DNA of 64,000 bases from a phage. The notes beneath the pieces were generated by a model. That model was not told the DNA's origin, searched no databases, and worked only from the letters and a program-made list of their open reading frames with translations. Shown one piece after another: positions 38,885 to 48,104 of the stretch (position 1 is its first letter; every line of letters starts with the position of its first letter). Made by a program: the position numbers and the translations under genes. The stretch lies in the sequence record PZ402305.1; one strand, 5' to 3'.

Positions 38885-39082
38885 TTACACTTTTTCCCAA
38901 GTACCAAAAGCACAGGAAGGGTAGATTCCAACTTGAGGGTTTCCGTTATCATCTTTGAAAGTAAAACTGTTGTTGTCTTTATCAAGAACTGTAGAATAAA
39001 TCTTACCAACAGTAACGCAGTTGGAAGCTTGACCCAGTTCAGTGAGAGTAAGACATTTCATTTTCTGTTTCTTTGTAGCCAT
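38885..39082 (-). CDS. hypothetical protein
   Basis: 65 aa ORF. Confidence 0.35.
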   Translation of the reverse strand: MATKKQKMKCLTLTELGQASNCVTVGKIYSTVLDKDNNSFTFKDDNGNPQVGIYPSCAFGTWEKV

Positions 39083-39164
39083 TTATAAAATCTCCTTAGT
39101 AAGTGAATCTTTATTCTACACAAAGAGCTTTGCACATGTCAAGTAACTCTTTGTCAGATTAGTC

Positions 39165-39434
39165 TTAATGATTAGTGATGTTGATGACAATCTTAGTTTC
39201 AACCTTAGCCCAACAGTAATCTGCTTCATTAAAACGACTAGTCACAATGTATTCTCCTGCACGAGAACCTGTTAAGCACACTGCACCTGTATCTGTAGCT
39301 AAGTAGTAGTCCCGTTCTTGTTCACTTACTTCTGAATCGTAGTAGTAGAAAACAGACATAGGTTCAATTTCAGATAAACGGTATAACTTTGGAACAGGGG
39401 ATTTCTCGATAAACTCAACAGAAGTTTTACTCAT
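39165..39434 (-). CDS. hypothetical protein
   Basis: 89 aa ORF. Confidence 0.45.
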   Translation of the reverse strand: MSKTSVEFIEKSPVPKLYRLSEIEPMSVFYYYDSEVSEQERDYYLATDTGAVCLTGSRAGEYIVTSRFNEADYCWAKVETKIVINITNH

Positions 39435-39667
39435 TTGTTTTCTCCTAGATCTAAACTAATTAAGAAGTCACGAAGGATGATCATTTGTTCTGTAGACAAT
39501 GATAATACACCTTCTCCATAAATATCACCAGACCATTCAGCAGTTAGATCTAGCGTACCAGTACCAGGAAACCAATCAATAGTGATCTGATTACCATTAG
39601 AGTCAGGTAGTATTTCACTGACTAACATAACACACTCTCCTATTATTGTTCTTGATCTTACGATCAT
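39431..39667 (-). CDS. hypothetical protein
   Basis: 78 aa ORF, 4-nt overlap with downstream gene. Confidence 0.45.
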   Translation of the reverse strand: MIVRSRTIIGECVMLVSEILPDSNGNQITIDWFPGTGTLDLTAEWSGDIYGEGVLSLSTEQMIILRDFLISLDLGENK

Positions 39668-39797
39668 CTACCGATAAGAACAAGTACTTAAATCTCTGTT
39701 CTTCGAACATCTAACGATAGAGATTAATCTATTACATAATCTATACTCGCTATCGCTCGACCCTTCGGGGTTAGGGTAGCATATTTTTTGAAAAAAG

Positions 39798-40121
39798 TCA
39801 ACACTTATTTTTGGTAAGTAGATAAATCAATTGTTCACCTGCCTCTGGTGCATATAGTGCTTTAGTATCGAAGTCAAAGAAGTGAGTGACCCCTGTTACT
39901 TTGGATGCCTGAATAGATAATCGTGCAAGCTTAAGCAGATTATCCATTTCCGCAATCTTTGCACGAAACACTGCACGTGTAGCGTCAAAAGCTGCATGTG
40001 GCATGTATTTACGATTTAGACTACTACGTTTAAATTTACGATAATCTGCAATGATCCTGTTACGTTCTTTGTTCAAGTGCTTTACCAGTGCAGTATATAC
40101 GTGTGGTTCTTTGTTAGCCAT
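39798..40121 (-). CDS. hypothetical basic protein
   Basis: ORF track start 40154; ATG at 40121 with RBS gaggag overlaps upstream stop as ATGGCTAA. Confidence 0.45.
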   Translation of the reverse strand: MANKEPHVYTALVKHLNKERNRIIADYRKFKRSSLNRKYMPHAAFDATRAVFRAKIAEMDNLLKLARLSIQASKVTGVTHFFDFDTKALYAPEAGEQLIYLLTKNKC

Positions 40122-40326
40122 TGTTAATCTCCTCTTCATATGTTGGTAGTGCATGGTATGCGATCACAGGTGCCAAGTCAAAATAAAAATGACCATTGAT
40201 AACAGCTATCGTGCCATTGCGTGTTTTGTTAACTTCACAGAATCCCTTCTTGCCGTTTGCCATGATTACAAGCCACTCTCCGATAGGAACATCCTCGGTA
40301 CCAGATACTTTAATCCATCCACTCAC
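40114..40326 (-). CDS. hypothetical protein
   Basis: 70 aa ORF. Confidence 0.4.
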   Translation of the reverse strand: MSGWIKVSGTEDVPIGEWLVIMANGKKGFCEVNKTRNGTIAVINGHFYFDLAPVIAYHALPTYEEEINNG

Positions 40327-40583
40327 TTTACTTCCCCTTTGTAATCGGACACTACACCAGGTCTTACTTTTGCCTTAAGATGTTTCAACTCTGCCATAGG
40401 AGTTGCCACTTGTATAAGGTTAATAATTTCAACCTCGTAGATAGTATACTCATAACCCGCATACTTCCCGATGGAATGCAGGTATTTGATAGCATGTTCA
40501 GGTGAATCTGCTTCAACATACCCCAAATCTTTTGTAGTGCGGCCTTCACAGTCGCCTTCTGTAGTTACGTGATAAAGTGTCAT
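40323..40583 (-). CDS. hypothetical protein
   Basis: 86 aa ORF. Confidence 0.45.
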   Translation of the reverse strand: MTLYHVTTEGDCEGRTTKDLGYVEADSPEHAIKYLHSIGKYAGYEYTIYEVEIINLIQVATPMAELKHLKAKVRPGVVSDYKGEVK

Positions 40584-40725
40584 AAAACCTCCTCATAGTA
40601 AGGTAAAGCCTTGATCAGTTGTTCTGAAGTGCCATTTTGCACCCACGTAACACCCTTGTCAAGAGAAACATACCCTTTCTTATTGATAAATTTACGGAGA
40701 CAACCAGTGAACTTGTTTTTGTAGA

Positions 40726-41169
40726 TCATTTCTTCTTTCCTTTCTTTAATTTGTTGTGACCTTTACCCTTATAAAGCTTGTGATTACGAGCAGACGGGTT
40801 ATTTAGGTTCTCCAGTCGGCTAACAGGTGTATTCCAAAGGTTTCCTGCTACAAAAGATGCTGCCACAAGTTCTTCCAGGTATACAAAATCCAAAGCAGGT
40901 ATCTTTGTTTCCCTCATCTCGCGTTCTACATTAGACAACACGCCTTCTTCCTTACTGTCTTCTTTTTCAATTACAGACCAACCCTCTTCCTGCCAAGCTT
41001 CCCCTCTGAACCAAGTTTCCATGTTATAACCTTGTTCGTCGAGAATAACACCATCTCGCATCTCAAACCATTCGCCACCACAAAAATGGCGGTGCTCAAC
41101 ACGTCTACCTTCCTTCATTGCTTCTTTAGCTTCGGGCCAAGTCAGTTTGATGTTTTGGATGTTTTGCAT
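40726..41169 (-). CDS. hypothetical protein
   Basis: 147 aa ORF, first gene of minus block after divergent region. Confidence 0.5.
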   Translation of the reverse strand: MQNIQNIKLTWPEAKEAMKEGRRVEHRHFCGGEWFEMRDGVILDEQGYNMETWFRGEAWQEEGWSVIEKEDSKEEGVLSNVEREMRETKIPALDFVYLEELVAASFVAGNLWNTPVSRLENLNNPSARNHKLYKGKGHNKLKKGKKK

Positions 41170-41283
41170 TTGTTTTCTCCTTTTGTTTGGTAGGAGTTGA
41201 TCTTAACAAGATTAAAAAGTATGTCAATACTTGATCTGAAATTATTTTCAGGTATCATGTATGAACATTAACAAGAGAGGTAG
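41170..41283. promoter_or_regulatory. divergent promoter region between minus and plus gene blocks
   Basis: AT-rich 114 bp intergenic with TTGATC and TTGAAA/TATCAT-like hexamers on both strands. Confidence 0.4.
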
Positions 41284-41577
41284 ATGATGAACATTACTTT
41301 AGCAACTAAGAATATTTCTGAAACAATTAACGGTTTTGGTGTGATTGTAGCCTTGCACGGTAACAATGAGAAATGGTTGGCTTCTTTTGAAGAGGATCGT
41401 CAGCACAACATCATTTTAGACGCTCCTATAAAAGTTATGCATATTGTTGGTGAAAGCAAAGTGCTCACTTCCTCCCGTTCAAAGGAACAAATTACAAACG
41501 AATTAGTAAAACTGCTTGACAATGTTCTTAACATGTTTGATAATGCACCCATCGACACAAAACGTGTCTTAATGTGA
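41284..41577 (+). CDS. hypothetical protein
   Basis: 97 aa ORF with RBS gagagg. Confidence 0.5.
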   Translation: MMNITLATKNISETINGFGVIVALHGNNEKWLASFEEDRQHNIILDAPIKVMHIVGESKVLTSSRSKEQITNELVKLLDNVLNMFDNAPIDTKRVLM

Positions 41578-41590
41578 AAGGAGAAATACA

Positions 41591-42082
41591 ATGGCTTACC
41601 CTGACTACATCGACGAACGTGCTACTGGCTTCTTCCGTAACTTCTTAGTCGGTCGTTCTCACGGAGATGATGGTTCCAGTTATAAAACAAGCTGGGATAG
41701 TCAATGTGGCGCTAAGGCTACCAAAACTTTGAAAATGCCGGGTCGTCCGTTGTGCGCGTATTGTGGTAATGAAGCCTTAGCTCTTCAACCTGGTATTGAA
41801 CATGGTGATTATACTATTAAAGGTTACACTTGTGTCTGCAAAGGTGCAATGGACGAGGCGGATTGGGTAAAAGAAAAAGCAGAGATGGAGGAACGTCATA
41901 AACGAGAAGTTTATGAAATGGAAAAACGTATGCCTGTTCCAGATTTGCAAGTTAAGAAAAATATTGTTGCGAAAATGATGGAAAAAGTCCAGAAAGCAGA
42001 GACGGAAGAAGACCTAAACCGTGCACTGGAAAACTTGCGTAATTTTAAAGAAGAAAAAGAGTTGCGCGAGATTATGTGGTAA
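41591..42082 (+). CDS. hypothetical protein
   Basis: 163 aa ORF, RBS aaggag. Confidence 0.5.
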   Translation: MAYPDYIDERATGFFRNFLVGRSHGDDGSSYKTSWDSQCGAKATKTLKMPGRPLCAYCGNEALALQPGIEHGDYTIKGYTCVCKGAMDEADWVKEKAEMEERHKREVYEMEKRMPVPDLQVKKNIVAKMMEKVQKAETEEDLNRALENLRNFKEEKELREIMW

Positions 42083-42119
42083 GGTATACTATTTCCATCA
42101 ATTAAGAGAGGAGAACCAA

Positions 42120-42407
42120 ATGTATTATTCACAAGATGAAGTAGCAAACATTAAACTGGCAGTGGGCGATCTTATTGTGTCACCTAACTACTATTGGGAT
42201 AACACAGATTTGGTTGAAGTAGTAACCTATGTTGGAGTTGAAGGTATTGTGCTCTACACACTAGGTGGAGGTGTTGTTGGGGAAATGGAACGTTATACGA
42301 CAACGAAGAAACTGGTAAGCTCTTATCACATGTTTTTACACCAAGGTTCGGAAGAGTATACAGCTTTCTTGTTGAAATTAGATGCAGATCGGGAGAAGGC
42401 ACGATGA
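42120..42407 (+). CDS. hypothetical protein
   Basis: ORF track start 42021; ATG at 42120 has RBS agagaggag. Confidence 0.45.
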   Translation: MYYSQDEVANIKLAVGDLIVSPNYYWDNTDLVEVVTYVGVEGIVLYTLGGGVVGEMERYTTTKKLVSSYHMFLHQGSEEYTAFLLKLDADREKAR

Positions 42408-42760
42408 AAATTGTACACGATGAAATTCAAATAGAAGAAAGTGACCTGATGGATTTGGATGCAGCTTTGGGGAAGGTAATCTATGCAGGAATTAAAGCCT
42501 TCCGTGAGAAGGCAAACAATAGCACGTTTGTCATGATCCCCACTAAACTGATGCGTGTTTTGTATCCAAATAGAAGTGCGCCGTATACAGATGAAGAAGA
42601 GGAGACAGGTAGAAGAGAGTGGTTAAATATTTTAGAAAAGATGGAGAATGCTTTTATTGATAGTGGTAATCCAGAAATCGTGTATGCTGAAGATCAAAGG
42701 AAGGCACGATTAGAGGGCCGTCTTTTATTCGCTAGTTATTTTGATAATCTTTGGAGCTAA
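42404..42760 (+). CDS. hypothetical protein
   Basis: 118 aa ORF. Confidence 0.5.
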   Translation: MKIVHDEIQIEESDLMDLDAALGKVIYAGIKAFREKANNSTFVMIPTKLMRVLYPNRSAPYTDEEEETGRREWLNILEKMENAFIDSGNPEIVYAEDQRKARLEGRLLFASYFDNLWS

Positions 42761-42939
42761 ATATGTCTGAATTCTTCACAATGGCTTTCTTAGGGATCTA
42801 TCTGATTATTAGTGCTGTTGGCTTAATCATGTCTCTAATAGAGGAAATGGGAATTAAGTGGAATTGTGTATTCGGTACAGCTCTTATGCTCACTCCAGTT
42901 TGGATTTACATTTGCAAATCGGTTGAACTAATTGGTTAA
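42751..42939 (+). CDS. small membrane protein
   Basis: 62 aa, two hydrophobic segments. Confidence 0.4.
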   Translation: MELNMSEFFTMAFLGIYLIISAVGLIMSLIEEMGIKWNCVFGTALMLTPVWIYICKSVELIG

Positions 42940-42949
42940 TGGAGGTAAT

Positions 42950-43288
42950 ATGTTTAGTAAAGAAATGAGAGAGGTAATCGCTACTCTGGTAGTTGATCAT
43001 GGTGTTGAAGTTGAGCGTCACGTTTGGAAAGATGAGCCTCCTTTCTTTGATTTGGCATCACGGGCTAAAAGTCACATGTATCTCCTTGAAGATGATAAGG
43101 ATTTTATTCTGCGTATGCGTTATGATCGAGAGTTTAGAATTCCTCTTGACACAGATCCTGATGATGTAGTATTGTGGTTGGCAGAGCATTTCGCATTTAA
43201 CGCTCTACATGGAAGAAGTTTTGGTAATGAACGTTGGGATACCATTTGTCGTAAACATAATATTGAACCAGAATACGGGAGTATGTAA
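42950..43288 (+). CDS. hypothetical protein
   Basis: ATG at 42950 with RBS ggagg. Confidence 0.5.
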   Translation: MFSKEMREVIATLVVDHGVEVERHVWKDEPPFFDLASRAKSHMYLLEDDKDFILRMRYDREFRIPLDTDPDDVVLWLAEHFAFNALHGRSFGNERWDTICRKHNIEPEYGSM

Positions 43289-43539
43289 TGTTAAGCGTTA
43301 AGCCTAAGATGATCAGTGAAGACCAGAAAGATTTCATTTACAAGTGTGGACGAATCTGGAGAGAGTATACCAAGGGTAACGAGGTCGTGGTGGTTACTGA
43401 ACACCAGATTGAAATCTCTGATCTTTTCGGTGATTATTTGCAAGTGATCAAATTAGGCATTGACAGAGGTTTGGTGCAGGTGTTAACATTATCCCAAGTT
43501 GAAGCAGAACACTTAGACAAAATCATTGTCGAATTCTAA
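43288..43539 (+). CDS. hypothetical protein
   Basis: 83 aa ORF. Confidence 0.45.
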   Translation: MLSVKPKMISEDQKDFIYKCGRIWREYTKGNEVVVVTEHQIEISDLFGDYLQVIKLGIDRGLVQVLTLSQVEAEHLDKIIVEF

Positions 43540-43552
43540 GAGGAGAAAGAAT

Positions 43553-43717
43553 ATGATCTCTTTAGAATCAATAGCTTTTAAGAAGGGGTATACCGCAGGG
43601 TTCAAGTTTGGTATGTTTAATAAAGTAAATCCATATTGTCCAAAGACACACAAAAAGGAATTCGAAGAATGGGAAGATGGATTTTCTAAAGGCTACCAGG
43701 CAAAGGGTTGGTTGTAA
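43553..43717 (+). CDS. hypothetical protein
   Basis: ATG at 43553 with RBS aagaggag. Confidence 0.4.
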   Translation: MISLESIAFKKGYTAGFKFGMFNKVNPYCPKTHKKEFEEWEDGFSKGYQAKGWL

Positions 43718-43726
43718 GGAGAGAAT

Positions 43727-43891
43727 ATGATTTTAAACTTCATCATCAACTTGTGTTTGACATTGGGACTACTTTGTGCAATAGTATCCCCTCTGGTTGG
43801 TGAATATTGTTCTGAACTGGCGATGTTTATAGTTCTTGGTGCGGCTATTGCTAATATGTTTGTCGCTGCGATTTGTATGTTGTGGGAATAG
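43727..43891 (+). CDS. small membrane protein (54 aa, below ORF-track cutoff)
   Basis: RBS taaggagag 6 nt before ATG; two hydrophobic helices (MILNFIINLCLTLGLLCAIVSPLV...FIVLGAAIANMFVAAICMLW). Confidence 0.4.
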   Translation: MILNFIINLCLTLGLLCAIVSPLVGEYCSELAMFIVLGAAIANMFVAAICMLWE

Positions 43892-43902
43892 GAGGGAAGT
43901 TT

Positions 43903-44259
43903 ATGAAAAAATTAATCTTAGCCACATTGCTGGCTACCGTAAGCTTCACCACTTACGCTCAAAAATTTGTAGCAGTTAAAACAGATATTGGTAAAGATGT
44001 TGTGATCACAGGCAACAAGTTTTACTATACACCTGGAAATGGTGTTCTAGAAGAGTGTAAAGATGTTGAGGCATATACAGGAAAAGAAGATAACACGGAA
44101 CGTCCTTTTTATTCGATTATAGCCACTTGCAAAAATGAAATAGTAGCTATTAAACAGTATAAAGATGCCCCTGGAGGAGAATACTTATTAGTCAAGAATA
44201 TTAAGAGTGAAAAAACTGCAAAGTTTACAGTAATTATTTTAAAAGGAGAAACGTTCTAA
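43903..44259 (+). CDS. secreted hypothetical protein
   Basis: ATG at 43903 after RBS taggaggg; signal peptide MKKLILATLLATVSFTTYAQ. Confidence 0.5.
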   Translation: MKKLILATLLATVSFTTYAQKFVAVKTDIGKDVVITGNKFYYTPGNGVLEECKDVEAYTGKEDNTERPFYSIIATCKNEIVAIKQYKDAPGGEYLLVKNIKSEKTAKFTVIILKGETF

Positions 44260-45398
44260 TGAAATACACTATTTTTGGAGATGTGGCTGTTGTAAATAAG
44301 GAATATGGTGTTGAAGCTAATAAACTTCCTGCTGGAGTTTGGGTTGTCAACTGCGATCCGCACGGTAACTACTCTTTAGTGCGTGGCGAAAGTTTCTCTC
44401 TTCCGAACACTCTTTATGGGGAAACTAAAGACCGCGCCGCACATGTTATTAAAACATTTGCTCGTCGTAGTAAAGAAGGTAAAAATACTGGGGTGTTACT
44501 GACAGGCACAAAAGGCAGTGGTAAGACGATGTTAGCTAAACTAATTAGCATGTCCCTAATGTCCACAGAAGGTTTAGGTATTCCAACCATTTTGGTTACA
44601 CAGCCTTACACAGATGCTGGCTTCTTAGAATTTATGAGTAAAATTACAGATCGTGCTGTTGTTTTATTTGACGAATTTGATAAAGTGTACGCTAAGAAAG
44701 AAGATCAGGAAGCACTGTTGACCTTGTTGGATGGAACAGGAAGTGGGAATAAACTTTACATCCTAACTAAAAATAGTGGTTATATCTCGGAATATTTTGT
44801 AAACCGTCCTAGTCGTATCTATTACAGTTTCAATTACGATAAACTGTCTAGTGAAACTATGTTAGATTACTTGGATAAGAACTTGGTAAATAAAAAACAC
44901 GTAGATAACTTCCAACGTTTATGGGATGTTAGCACAGAGTTGTCTTTCGATGTTATTCAAGGTATTGTAGAAGAATTGAATTTCTATCCAAAAATGACTT
45001 TTAAAGAATGTCTTGAAATGATGGGTATTTCTTTAGGCAACGATGCTAAATGGAATGTGGCTTCTATCGTAGCTAATGGCAAAACGCTGAAGGTGAATTG
45101 GATCAATAACTGGCACGACTTCACCCCTACTAAGTTTTTGTCGGGTGCTTGTTCCCTGAACATCTATCTACAAAGTTTGAAAGATGATGAAGTGGAAGCA
45201 ATGGAAACCAACAGTTATGTTATCCTGGATGAAGATGGTGATCCACATATTGATCTATGTGCAACGGCTGATGGTCTAACTTGTGATCTGATTGAAGGTG
45301 GTAAGATTCTGGTTATGAGCACTACACCAGGAAACACTCTGCGAGTGGTGCTGGAGCCTGTAACACAACGTTCCACTACCCTGGGTAGCGTATTCTGA
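44259..45398 (+). CDS. AAA-family ATPase
   Basis: Walker A GTKGSGKT and Walker B VVLFDEFD. Confidence 0.6.
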   Translation: MKYTIFGDVAVVNKEYGVEANKLPAGVWVVNCDPHGNYSLVRGESFSLPNTLYGETKDRAAHVIKTFARRSKEGKNTGVLLTGTKGSGKTMLAKLISMSLMSTEGLGIPTILVTQPYTDAGFLEFMSKITDRAVVLFDEFDKVYAKKEDQEALLTLLDGTGSGNKLYILTKNSGYISEYFVNRPSRIYYSFNYDKLSSETMLDYLDKNLVNKKHVDNFQRLWDVSTELSFDVIQGIVEELNFYPKMTFKECLEMMGISLGNDAKWNVASIVANGKTLKVNWINNWHDFTPTKFLSGACSLNIYLQSLKDDEVEAMETNSYVILDEDGDPHIDLCATADGLTCDLIEGGKILVMSTTPGNTLRVVLEPVTQRSTTLGSVF

Positions 45399-45414
45399 TA
45401 CAGTACAAATAGCT

Positions 45415-45438
45415 AAACCCGCTTCGGCGGGTTTTGTT
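45415..45438 (+). terminator. rho-independent terminator
   Basis: aaacccgcUUCGgcgggtttt stem-loop with T-run after ATPase gene. Confidence 0.7.
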
Positions 45439-45467
45439 ATATTGATTTCAGTTTAACAGGGAGATAA

Positions 45468-46466
45468 TTGTTAGATATGCCAGTAAAGAAGAGTATTGAA
45501 CAATATATTGAAGAGTGTCAACCTATTGCTGCTGCTAAAGGGATTGAGATTATTGGAATTGTTGAGCCGTTTACAGGACAACACACGAAAATGATCAATC
45601 GTTGTCAGTATGCTCATGAATGGAACACTACAACATTTAAAAACTTTAAAACTGGTCGTGCTGGTTGTCCTGTCTGTGCAATTGGGAAAGGATTTGGGAA
45701 AGGAGGTAAGACAGACGATCAGCACATAAAAGATTTCATTAACACAGGAAAGTTTAAACCTGGTACCATTTTCACCAATACAGGCAAACGTAAAGGGAGT
45801 CATATTCTCTGGATGGTTGAATGTCCTGTTTGTTCTCATGATGAATACGTACAAGCAGGAGTGTGTGATGGTAAATTTTACATTGCAGGGAACGATCTTA
45901 AAAAAGGGATTATCCCTTGTCGTTGTACTAGAGTTTACCGTTATACAAAAGATCAGATCACTTACAAGGTGAGAAAAGGTTTAGAAAGTAAAGGATATAT
46001 CTGGATAGAGTGGATTAGTAAACCTTCCTCAACAGGAGAGTTTAAATATGGATGTAAGGATCACGGGGAGCAAATAGGGAATGCTGACCACTTATTACAT
46101 AAGGGGCGTGGTTGTCCGAAGTGTAAAGGGCATACACAACAACAGGCATACATCAACTATATCTACGATGAACAAAATCTTCTCTGTGCTTTGAAGTTTG
46201 GTATTGCCAATAGTAGTGATCGCCGTATCAAAGAACAAAATAGTCATAATGTGTTTACTATGAAACAGAGCCAAGTGTGGCACTTCCCTACTGTGAAGCA
46301 ATGCAAAGATGCAGAAAAGCGTTGTAAGCGTGTCCTTCACACGGAAGCAGTGAGCAAATATTCTATGCCAGATGGCTACACAGAAACAGTAGAGTTATCT
46401 TGCATGGCCTCAATACAAAACATTTATAAACTTTATGGTGGAACATTACAGGAGGAAACATGTTAG
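45468..46466 (+). CDS. Cys-rich (multi zinc-ribbon) hypothetical protein
   Basis: Repeated CxxC pairs (CPVCA, CPVCS, CPKCKGH); start either TTG 45468 or ATG 45477. Confidence 0.5.
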   Translation: MLDMPVKKSIEQYIEECQPIAAAKGIEIIGIVEPFTGQHTKMINRCQYAHEWNTTTFKNFKTGRAGCPVCAIGKGFGKGGKTDDQHIKDFINTGKFKPGTIFTNTGKRKGSHILWMVECPVCSHDEYVQAGVCDGKFYIAGNDLKKGIIPCRCTRVYRYTKDQITYKVRKGLESKGYIWIEWISKPSSTGEFKYGCKDHGEQIGNADHLLHKGRGCPKCKGHTQQQAYINYIYDEQNLLCALKFGIANSSDRRIKEQNSHNVFTMKQSQVWHFPTVKQCKDAEKRCKRVLHTEAVSKYSMPDGYTETVELSCMASIQNIYKLYGGTLQEETC

Positions 46467-46825
46467 TTGACGTTCAAATTATGCGCAACGAAAGAATGGA
46501 CTTCTTTGAAGCAGTAGAGAAACATCTGATCAGATGGGACTATGAATTTGTTCCTGCTGGATGTGGACCAGTAGAGCATTTAGCGGAAGACGACGATGTA
46601 TACATGATCATTCGTCAAGTGTACCAGACAGACCAGTGTGAAGAAACTCCCGAACTAATTTTGTTTGAGTGCAAAGATCTTGCAAAATATTTTGACTATG
46701 GCGGAAAAGAGGGTCATAATCTCTCCAGATACAATAAACGCCTACTTATCTTAGACTACATGCGGAACAACAAACACAAACTAATCGACGCAGACGCAGT
46801 TTATGGCTACTGGTGGATGGATTAA
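46460..46825 (+). CDS. hypothetical protein
   Basis: 121 aa ORF. Confidence 0.45.
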   Translation: MLVDVQIMRNERMDFFEAVEKHLIRWDYEFVPAGCGPVEHLAEDDDVYMIIRQVYQTDQCEETPELILFECKDLAKYFDYGGKEGHNLSRYNKRLLILDYMRNNKHKLIDADAVYGYWWMD

Positions 46826-46838
46826 CAAAGGAGAAACT

Positions 46839-47018
46839 ATGGCACGTTTAGCAGATCATGAAATCTTTAAACCTATTCTGAACCACTATGATGAACTTAA
46901 AGCAGTGTTGGATTGTTATAAAGAGGATGAAGAACGCTTGGAAGTCAATCTTAAGATAGTTCTGATGAAAGCTTTTCAAGACGGGCAAGCTAAAGTCTTA
47001 GAAGGTATGAAAAAATGA
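46839..47018 (+). CDS. hypothetical protein
   Basis: ATG at 46839 after RBS aaaggagaa. Confidence 0.4.
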   Translation: MARLADHEIFKPILNHYDELKAVLDCYKEDEERLEVNLKIVLMKAFQDGQAKVLEGMKK

Positions 47019-47557
47019 GAATAACTGACGAATATGTATTCTTCTTTTCACATAAAGATGTTTTTAGTAATTGGTATATTGCACCCTTTACAGAAACCGA
47101 ACCAGGTTACAATCAGACATTTAATTGTGTCGAACAATACATGATGTGGCGTAAAGCTTTGCTTTTTAATGACCACAACACTGCACAGGCTATTCTGACT
47201 CATAGTTTGATACGGAAAGATGAGAAGATCCAAGCTTATTACAAACGTATGGGTAGGGCAGTGTCGGATTTTGATAACAACGTATGGGAAGAGAACCGTG
47301 AGCGTATTGTTATGCGAGGTTTATGCTTGAAATATGTACAGAATCCAGATTTGTATGCAGACTTACACCTTTACCAATACAAAACGTTTGTTGAAGCAAG
47401 CCCCTACGATAAGGTTTACGGAATTGGAATGGGGATGTATGAACCAGGGGTGCTAAACCCTGCCACCTGGAAAGGGCAGAATCTTTTAGGCAAATATCAT
47501 AACAAACTGATCGAAATACTTTTCCCAGACAAAATACCGCAAAGACGATATTTGTGA
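47015..47557 (+). CDS. NADAR-family protein (YbiA-like)
   Basis: FFFSHKDVFSNWY...FNCVEQYMMWRKA and C-terminal EASPYDKVYGIGMG align with E. coli YbiA pattern (FYS...FSNF...EHYFQAQKF ... E.T.ND.YWGDG). Confidence 0.65.
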   Translation: MRITDEYVFFFSHKDVFSNWYIAPFTETEPGYNQTFNCVEQYMMWRKALLFNDHNTAQAILTHSLIRKDEKIQAYYKRMGRAVSDFDNNVWEENRERIVMRGLCLKYVQNPDLYADLHLYQYKTFVEASPYDKVYGIGMGMYEPGVLNPATWKGQNLLGKYHNKLIEILFPDKIPQRRYL

Positions 47558-47613
47558 TATTTTAACTTTTTTCATTTTTAGAACAAAGGTGTCACTTTGT
47601 AGCACAGAAATAA

Positions 47614-47652
47614 GGCTCCTACAACACTGTAGAGAGCCTATTATTTTGTCCT
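47614..47652 (+). terminator. imperfect hairpin with T-rich tail after NADAR gene
   Basis: ggctcctacaacactgtagagagcc followed by tattattttgtc. Confidence 0.4.
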
Positions 47653-47800
47653 ATACAAACACTTATCTTTTTCAGTTTGCATCATTAGGATTCGATCTAG
47701 GTGGGTTCCTGAAGGTCTGCCAATAAGATTAAAGGTTATCTCAAATTACCCCTACTTGTTATCTCAAAAATTCCTCAAATTATTTAAACTTTTTAAGAAT

Positions 47801-47986
47801 TTACAAAAGTGAAAGTTGAAAACCAAAATTTAAAGTTTAGGAAAATTATCTTAAAATGTTAGATACAAAACAAAACTCAAAAGTCAAGGAAAATTTTAAA
47901 AATTTTGCGCGCCCACAGTATTTAAAGTTTTTTTGCTTTTACAAAAATGAAAGTACAAAAGCAAAATTTAAAGTTTACAAAAATTT
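47801..47986. repeat. two ~47 bp direct repeats (iteron-like) in AT-rich non-coding region
   Basis: ttacaaaagtgaaagttgaaaaccaaaatttaaagtttaggaaaatt (47801-47847) vs ttttacaaaaatgaaagtacaaaagcaaaatttaaagtttacaaaaattt (47939-47986). Confidence 0.6.
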
Positions 47987-48024
47987 ATGCAGATGGGAAT
48001 GAGAAGAGTTCTCATATGGAAATG

Positions 48025-48046
48025 CAAATGATAATGATTCGCATTT
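48025..48046. promoter_or_regulatory. Fur-box-like near-palindrome A
   Basis: caAATGATAATGATTCGCATTt; resembles GATAATGATAATCATTATC. Confidence 0.35.
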
Positions 48047-48083
48047 AGGTTTATAAATGAGATTGATTCTTATTCGATAAGGT

Positions 48084-48104
48084 AAATGATAATCATTCTC
48101 ATTT
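48084..48104. promoter_or_regulatory. Fur-box-like near-palindrome B
   Basis: AAATGATAATCATTCTCATTT; one mismatch to core TGATAATCATTATC; 21-bp quasi-palindrome. Confidence 0.4.

Noticed and set aside
39668-39797. Intergenic hairpin gacccttcggggt as a terminator or small RNA
   Set aside because: Short stem without a T-run on either strand and no promoter context; likely incidental.
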